A DNA stretch of 64,000 nucleotides from an uncultured Alphaproteobacteria bacterium. GTDB lineage: Bacteria > Pseudomonadota > Alphaproteobacteria > SHNJ01. The notes below the pieces were generated by a model. It saw nothing but the letters and a program-made list of their open reading frames with translations. It made no database searches and was not told where the DNA came from. Location of the stretch: positions 2,262 through 66,261 of the forward strand of contig CAYWJR010000003.1 in the NCBI GenBank assembly GCA_964458615.1, written 5' to 3'. The position numbers and the translations under genes were made by a program. Of this stretch, positions 57,476 to 64,000 are shown piece by piece (position 1 is the first letter of the stretch; every line of letters begins with the position of its first letter).

Positions 57476-58383
57476 TGTCCCATCTTGCCCTTGTTATGAC
57501 CGATTTGAAACAGGCTTTGAAAGAAGCTGGCGAAGAATTAAACCGCACCATGGATCATTTGATCCCGCGTGGCGACGGCGAACAAGGAAAATTGTTCGAT
57601 GCGATGCGGTATGCCGCAACCGCAGGCGGAAAACGCATGCGTCCGTTTTTGGTTTTGCAATCGTCCAAATTGTTCGGCATCACGCAACAAACCGCATTGC
57701 GCACGGCGGCGGCGGTTGAATTCGTGCATGCTTATTCGTTGGTGCACGACGATTTGCCCGCGATGGATAACAGTTATTTGCGCCGGGGCAAACCGACAAC
57801 CCATGTGCAATATGGCGAAGCAACCGCGATTTTGGTCGGTGACGCATTGTTGACCCTGGCGTTCGAAGTGGTCAACGACCACGACACGCACCCCGATCCT
57901 GTGGTTCGTTCCAATCTGGTTGCGCGTTTGGCGCAGGCGGCGGGCGCGCGCGGCATGGTCGGCGGGCAGATGCTGGATATGCTGTCATCCGGCAATGAAT
58001 TGGATATGAACGAAATTGTCCGCATGCAGCGTTTGAAAACCGGCGAATTATTCTCATTTTCTTGCGAAGCCGGCGCGATTTTGGCCAAGGTGCCGGGCAA
58101 GGCGCGGCAATCATTGTCGTCTTACGCGCACGATCTGGGTTTGGCGTTTCAAATCACCGACGATGTGATGGATGCGGCGGGCAGTACGGCGGAAACCGGA
58201 AAATCCGTGCGCAAAGACGCAGAAAACAACAAACCGAATTTTGTCACGCTTTTGGGCGTCGACCGGGCAAAGGCGCAGGCGGAAATGTTGGCGGCGCAAG
58301 CGATCCGGCATCTGGACATGTTCGATGAACGCGCCGATTTGCTGCGTTCATTGGCGCGGTACGCCATCGACCGCAAAATGTAA
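57475..58383 (+). CDS. ispA: polyprenyl (farnesyl/geranylgeranyl) diphosphate synthase
   Basis: FARM motif LVHDDLPAMDNSYLRRG and SARM motif ITDDVMD. Confidence 0.85.
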   Translation: MSHLALVMTDLKQALKEAGEELNRTMDHLIPRGDGEQGKLFDAMRYAATAGGKRMRPFLVLQSSKLFGITQQTALRTAAAVEFVHAYSLVHDDLPAMDNSYLRRGKPTTHVQYGEATAILVGDALLTLAFEVVNDHDTHPDPVVRSNLVARLAQAAGARGMVGGQMLDMLSSGNELDMNEIVRMQRLKTGELFSFSCEAGAILAKVPGKARQSLSSYAHDLGLAFQITDDVMDAAGSTAETGKSVRKDAENNKPNFVTLLGVDRAKAQAEMLAAQAIRHLDMFDERADLLRSLARYAIDRKM

Positions 58384-58386
58384 TCG

Positions 58387-59145
58387 GTGACGGCGCCCGA
58401 TCAAAAAATACGGCTCGATTTATTGCTGACGCAGCGCGGGCTTGCCGTTTCGCGCAGCAAGGCGCAAGCGCTTGTTGCCGAAGGCAAGGTATTTTGCGGC
58501 GATCATCCATTGACCAAATCTTCGGAATTGGTCGATTGGGACATCGCATTGGAATTGCGCGGCGCAACCGAACAATTCGCGTCGCGCGGCGGATTGAAAC
58601 TGGACGCCGCGATCAAACATTTTAACGTCGATTGCCGTGGAAAAACCGGCGTCGATATTGGCGCATCGACCGGCGGATTTACCGATGTTTTGTTGCATCA
58701 CGGCGCTGACAAGATATACGCGGTCGATGTTGGCGAAGGCCAGTTGATAGACCGTTTGCGCACAGATCGCCGCGTGATTATGATCGAAAAAGTAAATGCG
58801 CGTTATATCACCCGTGACATATTGCCCGAAGATTTTCAAATCCTGGTTTGCGACGTCAGTTTTATCAGCCTGACCAAGGCATTGCCCGCAGTGATGCAAT
58901 TGGCGCCGGAAAATTGCGTTTTAATCGCGTTGATAAAGCCGCAATTCGAAGTAGGGGCGGGCAATGTCGGCAAGGGCGGTATTGTCAAAGACCCTGTGCA
59001 GCATGACCGTGTTTGCGCGGAAATTCAAAACTGGCTGGCGGATGAAATGGGATGGCAGGTCGACGGTATTATGAACAGTCCCATCGATGGACAGGATGGA
59101 AACCGCGAATTTTTGATTGCGGCGCGCAAATCCAGAATCCGTTAG
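58387..59145 (+). CDS. tlyA: TlyA-family rRNA 2'-O-methyltransferase (hemolysin A homolog)
   Basis: S4 domain (RLDLLLTQRGLAVSRSKAQALV) plus an FtsJ-like methyltransferase (VDIGASTGGFTDVLL). GTG start. Confidence 0.85.
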   Translation: MTAPDQKIRLDLLLTQRGLAVSRSKAQALVAEGKVFCGDHPLTKSSELVDWDIALELRGATEQFASRGGLKLDAAIKHFNVDCRGKTGVDIGASTGGFTDVLLHHGADKIYAVDVGEGQLIDRLRTDRRVIMIEKVNARYITRDILPEDFQILVCDVSFISLTKALPAVMQLAPENCVLIALIKPQFEVGAGNVGKGGIVKDPVQHDRVCAEIQNWLADEMGWQVDGIMNSPIDGQDGNREFLIAARKSRIR

Positions 59146-59148
59146 GTT

Positions 59149-59406
59149 TTACCGCGTATTGATGCGAAGCGGCAATAACGTTGCGTATTGGCTGCGCGGT
59201 ATTTTGCAAATCAAACGCCATTTTAATGGAATCAACAATGTCACCGGCGGATGGTTTTGTTCCATCGCCGGGATAGTTGCCGGAATGATTGTTTGCATGG
59301 ACTGCGTTTCAATTGGTGCGGGCGGGAAAACTTGACTGTCGGCGATTTGGGATGTGAATATTGTCGCTGCGAAAAGACCGAATGTTGCCATTTTATTGGT
59401 GTGCAT
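59149..59406 (-). CDS. hypothetical small exported protein (85 aa)
   Basis: ORF with a hydrophobic N-terminus (MATFGLFAATIFTSQIA) and a weak Shine-Dalgarno. Confidence 0.25.
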   Translation of the reverse strand: MHTNKMATFGLFAATIFTSQIADSQVFPPAPIETQSMQTIIPATIPAMEQNHPPVTLLIPLKWRLICKIPRSQYATLLPLRINTR

Positions 59407-59441
59407 ATTTCATCTGCCTTTCAAATTTATCAACTATCCAA

Positions 59442-61190
59442 TTATTTGACGATCCAATTCAAACGCGCCTGGGCATGGCCTGTGCGCGCGGCATCGCCCA
59501 TATGCAATACCGCCGATATTTGCGCGATCCGTGATGCAAAACCGGATGAATAATATCCGACATTGTCGATCAATTCATTCCATGGCGATTTCGGTTTCGG
59601 ATAGATTTCAAACGATATTTCATCGCCGATGTCCAATTCCAATTCGTCGCGCAATTCCATTTCCGCTTCGACCCATCCGCCGGTTCCATCGATCAATCCC
59701 AATTCCAAAGCCTGCTGGCCGGTCCAAACGCGACCTTTGGCGGCTTGGCGCATATCGGATAATTCAAGCCCGCGCGCGGTTGCCGCCTTTTGCAGGAAAT
59801 CGCCGTATGAACGATCCAAAAATTCGTCCAATTTCTTTTCCATAGCGGGCGTGAAATCGCGGGTCATCGACCACATCCCGGCATTTTCGCCGGTTTGCAG
59901 GGTGTCAAACCGGATGCCCAGTTTTTGCGCCAATTCGCTGGCGGATATTTTGCCGGCGATCACGCCGATGGACCCGGTGATGGTACCGGGACTGGCAAAA
60001 ATACGGTCGGTGGCCATGGCGATATAATACCCGCCCGATGCGGCATAATCGCTCATGACGGCATAAACCGGTTTACCGGATTTTTTCATGTCCTGGATCG
60101 CGTTCCAAATCGTGTCCGACGCCAAATACGAACCGCCCGGGCTGTTGATCGCGATAATGACGGCTTTGATGTCGGGGTTTTTGGCGACATCGTTCAATGT
60201 TTCAACCAAATCGTCCGCGAAAATTCCGTCATTCCAGTTGAATTGATCGCGCGGTTCCTTGCCGCCCCGCATGATGTCGCCCGATGCATAAACAACCGCG
60301 ACCTGCGTTCCATGGATTTGGGGCGCGGACCATGCATAATCTGCCAAATGCACGAATTCAGCCCGATTGCCTTGTTCTGCGCGCATCGCTTCGCTTAGGT
60401 TGTTGGTATATCCGGTTTTGTCGATTAATTTTAAACGCAACGATTCATCCGGCGCGATGGGTGAATTTTTTACCGCCGCCTGCAATTGGTCGATTGGGAT
60501 TTCGCGGGATTTGGCGATGTCGGACAATTTTTGCCCGAATAAATCGTCGATCATGGATTGCAGGGATTTTTTTTCTTCGGCGCCATAAGATCTGTTGGTT
60601 AAAAACGACATGGCGTTTTTATATTCTTCGCGCGCTTTGAAAGACGGCTTGATGCCAATTTTATCCAAAAAATCGCGTAAAAACGGGGTTTCCAGAGAAA
60701 TGCCGAACAATCCCCAATCGCCCGAAGGTTGCAGCCAGATTTCATCGAACGCGCTGGCCAAATAATACGCATTGTCGCCCCCGGATTCAAAACCGAACGT
60801 GTCGGCGAATACATAAGTTTTTTTGCCGAATCCGCGAAAATACGTGATCGCTTCGCGCAATTGCTGAATTTTCGCAATTCCCATGTCGGTCGAATCGACG
60901 CGCATGGCGATCGCCTTTACCCGTGGATCTTCGGCGGCTTGTTGAATGGCATATACCGCTTCGCGCGCTGAAAAATCGCCATCGCCGAAAAACGATGAAA
61001 TGCCGCCCGCGCCTTCGTGGTCGCTTAATCCTTCACCCGTATTAAAAGTAAGGATCATCGAGCCAGGCAATTCCATATCCTTGGCGCTATATCCCCAAAA
61101 GGCGCCGTATATCCCCAGCGCCACAATTAAACATACGATAAAACCGATGACTGCGAAAAATCGAACCAGAAATTTTTTCAATCCGGTCAT
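59442..61190 (-). CDS. sppA: signal peptide peptidase SppA (67K type, protease IV)
   Basis: N-terminal TM and two ClpP/crotonase-like S49 domains. Start set at ATG 61190 (MTGLKKFLVRFFAV). ATGA overlap with fabI. Confidence 0.85.
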   Translation of the reverse strand: MTGLKKFLVRFFAVIGFIVCLIVALGIYGAFWGYSAKDMELPGSMILTFNTGEGLSDHEGAGGISSFFGDGDFSAREAVYAIQQAAEDPRVKAIAMRVDSTDMGIAKIQQLREAITYFRGFGKKTYVFADTFGFESGGDNAYYLASAFDEIWLQPSGDWGLFGISLETPFLRDFLDKIGIKPSFKAREEYKNAMSFLTNRSYGAEEKKSLQSMIDDLFGQKLSDIAKSREIPIDQLQAAVKNSPIAPDESLRLKLIDKTGYTNNLSEAMRAEQGNRAEFVHLADYAWSAPQIHGTQVAVVYASGDIMRGGKEPRDQFNWNDGIFADDLVETLNDVAKNPDIKAVIIAINSPGGSYLASDTIWNAIQDMKKSGKPVYAVMSDYAASGGYYIAMATDRIFASPGTITGSIGVIAGKISASELAQKLGIRFDTLQTGENAGMWSMTRDFTPAMEKKLDEFLDRSYGDFLQKAATARGLELSDMRQAAKGRVWTGQQALELGLIDGTGGWVEAEMELRDELELDIGDEISFEIYPKPKSPWNELIDNVGYYSSGFASRIAQISAVLHMGDAARTGHAQARLNWIVK

Positions 61191-62017
61191 GCGGCACTGG
61201 ATTCTTTGTTGACGGTAATGTCTGGCGCATCCACGGCCTTCATGCCGATAACGTTGTAACCGCAATCGACATAATGGATTTCACCGGTTACGCCGGACGA
61301 TAAATCCGACAATAAATACAATCCCGATTTGCCGACATCTTCGAGAGATACGTTGCGGCGCAACGGCGAGTTATATTCGTTCCATTTCAAAATATAGCGG
61401 AAATCGCCGATACCGGCGGCGGCCAATGTGCGAATTGGACCTGCCGATAACGCGTTAACGCGGATATTTTGCGGCCCCAAATCCATGGCCAGGTAACGCA
61501 CGCTTGCTTCCAACGCGGCCTTGGCTACGCCCATCACGTTGTAATGCGGCATAACGCGCATCGATCCGCCATATGTCAGCGTCAATAAACTGCCGCCGTT
61601 TTTCATCAAAGGTATGGCGCGTTGCGCAACCGCAGTGAATGAAAAACAGGATATGTCCATGGTCATGTTGAAATTTTTACGCGACGTTGAAACATATTTT
61701 CCTTTTAATTCGTCTTTGTCGGAAAAACCGATCGCGTGCAAAACGAAATCCAAACCGCCCCATTCTTTTTCCAATGTTTGGAAAACGGCGTCGATGCTTT
61801 CTTCGTTGCTGACATCGCAGGGCAGCATGATTTTGCTGCCGATCGATTGCGCCAATGGTTCGACGCGTTTTTTCAACGCATCGCCTTGGTAAGTGAATGC
61901 CAATTCCGCGCCTTGTTCGTGCAATTGCTGGCTTATGCCCCAGGCGATGGATTTGTCGTTGGCAACGCCCATAATCAGGCCGCGTTTACCCTTCATCAGA
62001 TTGTTATTGGCGGTCAT
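61187..62017 (-). CDS. fabI: enoyl-[acyl-carrier-protein] reductase (NADH) FabI
   Basis: LMKGKRGLIMGVANDKSIAWGI N-terminus and the FabI Y...K catalytic pattern. Confidence 0.9.
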   Translation of the reverse strand: MTANNNLMKGKRGLIMGVANDKSIAWGISQQLHEQGAELAFTYQGDALKKRVEPLAQSIGSKIMLPCDVSNEESIDAVFQTLEKEWGGLDFVLHAIGFSDKDELKGKYVSTSRKNFNMTMDISCFSFTAVAQRAIPLMKNGGSLLTLTYGGSMRVMPHYNVMGVAKAALEASVRYLAMDLGPQNIRVNALSAGPIRTLAAAGIGDFRYILKWNEYNSPLRRNVSLEDVGKSGLYLLSDLSSGVTGEIHYVDCGYNVIGMKAVDAPDITVNKESSAA

Positions 62018-62246
62018 GTCGAAAAGATCCTGTTTCAAATAAAAAATTCATGAAAAACAACACGTTATACATACACCAATCTGCCCAAAAGGCAAAGAAT
62101 TTAATCATTTATACAGCTTTGTTTGTTAGGGTAATTAAATATTATTTATCAAGCATTTCAGGGAAAATTTCCAATTGCAACATGGTTTGTCACGGCTTTG
62201 GACGGATCTGATCGATTCGGATCGGCGGCTGCTTAAAAAACTGTCG

Positions 62247-64000
62247 ATGGTTTTCATCGCCTTAATCGTTGTCGCGTTGGGATTGTTGTTCGTCTTTGTA
62301 TGGGAAGGCGTGCGCACATTGGACCGGGTGGACGCGCAAAACGATGTTGAAATCGTCGATTCGTTGTTGGCCGACCGCAAAAAATCCATGATCAATTTGT
62401 TGCGCGATTATGCCGAATGGACGGACGCATACCGCCGCCTGTATCAAAAAGAAGATTTGCGGTTCGCAACCGAAAACATCGCCTATAACCTGACCAACAA
62501 CTATTCCATTTATTCGGCGGCTGTGGTTCGGTTCGATAAATCGGTATGGGTGCGGTATGTTAACGGCAAAAAATCCGACCATAACGTGCTGCACGCGCAA
62601 AAAATGCGCCTCGTCGATTTATTGCTGGCGGATTTTAAGCGCAATAACGGATACCCCGAACACCGCAGCGTGGTTTCATTTGCCCAGGAAAACGGCGAAT
62701 TGATGATGTTAAGCGCCAGTTTTATCGCGCGCCTTGATGAACAATCGGGCGATGTTCTGACATTGCCGAAAAATCCATCCATGCTGTTGATGTCGCGTAA
62801 ATTGGATCGCGCGACATTGCGCGATTGGGCGGATTTATACAATATCAAGGACGTGACATTCAGCGCGCAACCGCAACCCGCCAATGATTATTTTAAAAAC
62901 ACAGGCCGTTTTCACGTCTCTTTGCACGACATAGACGGCGATCATTTGGGTTTTATCAGCTGGAAACCGACATTAAGCAGCGAATTGGTCGTGCAGGAAT
63001 TGATCCCGAATTTGACTTGTGTTTTTCTGTTGCTTGCGGCTCTGGGCGCGGTGTTTTTCTTTTATGTGCGGCGCGCGTTCGAACATCAATACAAGGCGGG
63101 GCGGGACATAGACGCCAGCCGCCAATTTTTGCAATTGGTGTTCGATACCGATCCGACCCATATTCAGGTGCGCAACAAAGAAGGCCAGATTGTATTTTGC
63201 AATGCCGCCGCCGCATCGCGTTACGGCATGACTGCAGACCGACTGACCGGACAGTCGGTGTTGAGCATAGACGCGGATCCAAATCGCGGGCACATGATTT
63301 ACGAAGACGATTTAAAAGTGATCGTGGGCGGCCGCGAAACCGCGATGGAAGAATCGTGGATGGACGACAAAGGCAATCAGCGCGTTTTTTACACGATGCG
63401 CAAACCGATTGCAGGATTTGGCAGCGAATCGATGGTGTTGTCGGTGTCCAGCGATATTACCGAACAAAAAAAGATTTTAGAGGAACTGGGAAAGGCGAAA
63501 TCGAAAGCCGAAGACGCATCGCGCGCCAAAACCGATTTTTTGGCGACCATCAGCCACGAAATCAGAACGCCGATGAACGGTATTTTGGGATTCTCGCAAT
63601 TATTGTCGGATACCAATTTAACGCAGGAACAAAACGACCATATCAAAATTATTCAAAATTCCTCGCGGTCGCTGCTTGCGATCATCAACGATATTTTGGA
63701 TATGTCGAAAATCGAATCCGGCCGGTTGCAATTGGAAAATATTATTTTATCGCCCGCCGATATTGTCAATTCGGTGATCGGCGTCACCATGCCGATGGCA
63801 AAAGAAAAGAATTTGAACATCGTCAAGGAAGCGGTTGGATCGATTCCGCCGTATTTGGGCGGCGATCCGACGCGTTTGGGCCAGATATTGATGAATATGG
63901 TGTCGAACGCGGTTAAATTCACGGAAAAGGGCGGCGTGACGGTGCGGATGCAGCAAATCGGAGCCGATAAAAAAACCACCAGAATGAAATTCGAAATTAT
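62247..64000 (+). CDS. sensor histidine kinase (TM – periplasmic domain – TM – PAS – HisKA – HATPase), 3' end beyond the window. It is not in the supplied ORF track because no stop codon falls inside the window
   Basis: Own translation of the frame that starts with TTG at 62175 runs open to nt 64000. It contains MVFIALIVVALGLLFVFVW (TM), a periplasmic domain of about 240 aa, TCVFLLLAALGAVFFFYV (TM), a PAS-like region, the H-box FLATISHEIRTPMNGILGFSQLL and the N-box LGQILMNMVSNAVKFTEKGG. TTG 62175 is an alternative start. Confidence 0.8.
   Translation, partial: MVFIALIVVALGLLFVFVWEGVRTLDRVDAQNDVEIVDSLLADRKKSMINLLRDYAEWTDAYRRLYQKEDLRFATENIAYNLTNNYSIYSAAVVRFDKSVWVRYVNGKKSDHNVLHAQKMRLVDLLLADFKRNNGYPEHRSVVSFAQENGELMMLSASFIARLDEQSGDVLTLPKNPSMLLMSRKLDRATLRDWADLYNIKDVTFSAQPQPANDYFKNTGRFHVSLHDIDGDHLGFISWKPTLSSELVVQELIPNLTCVFLLLAALGAVFFFYVRRAFEHQYKAGRDIDASRQFLQLVFDTDPTHIQVRNKEGQIVFCNAAAASRYGMTADRLTGQSVLSIDADPNRGHMIYEDDLKVIVGGRETAMEESWMDDKGNQRVFYTMRKPIAGFGSESMVLSVSSDITEQKKILEELGKAKSKAEDASRAKTDFLATISHEIRTPMNGILGFSQLLSDTNLTQEQNDHIKIIQNSSRSLLAIINDILDMSKIESGRLQLENIILSPADIVNSVIGVTMPMAKEKNLNIVKEAVGSIPPYLGGDPTRLGQILMNMVSNAVKFTEKGGVTVRMQQIGADKKTTRMKFEI

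Noticed and set aside
63017-63916. 299-aa plus-strand ORF from the track
   Set aside because: Out of frame relative to the histidine-kinase ORF that spans the same DNA. The product is Arg-rich with no motifs.

Overview
This 64 kb window looks like a chromosomal segment of an alphaproteobacterium. That placement is an inference from gene content and order: two rpoH paralogs, an rluD–rpoH arrangement, a fused cytochrome b/c1 polyprotein like Bradyrhizobium fbcH, prs–rplY–pth–ychF, lgt–DUF185–yfiH, xseB–ispA, a MoxR–DUF58–BatA-like–vWA operon, and a tandem-CSD cold shock protein. The window is gene dense with about 60 protein genes and one tRNA-Arg(CCU). Many neighbouring genes overlap their stop and start codons by 1–8 nt (ATGA or TAATG), which suggests translational coupling.

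Most of the content is housekeeping: cytochrome bc1, CcmF, uvrC, pgsA, folB, fabI, sppA, proC, hldD, prs, an RND efflux pump, an amino-acid ABC transporter and a two-component system. The accessory or unusual content is listed here.

- A 434-bp cassette sits exactly between rplY and pth. It has perfect 28-bp terminal inverted repeats built from four GGGAATN heptamers and carries a four-helix-bundle gene of the type found in 23S rRNA intervening sequences.
- Three genes are inserted into the otherwise conserved prs–rplY interval.
- Two tandem, internally duplicated pentapeptide-repeat proteins lie upstream of ccmF.
- A five-gene MoxR/DUF58/BatA-like/vWA/EamA operon contains two apparent frameshifts, one of them in a G9 homopolymer.
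- Several orphan proteins are present, including one in an AT-rich islet preceded by a perfect palindrome.
- The RND adaptor has a 170-aa Pro/Ala/Gln-rich tail.
- A long plus-strand sensor-kinase ORF at the 3' end is missing from the supplied ORF track because it runs off the window.

The ORF track uses ATG, GTG and TTG starts and keeps the longest frame. Several starts were therefore re-placed by eye. No database searches were possible, so all family assignments rest on motifs I recognise.
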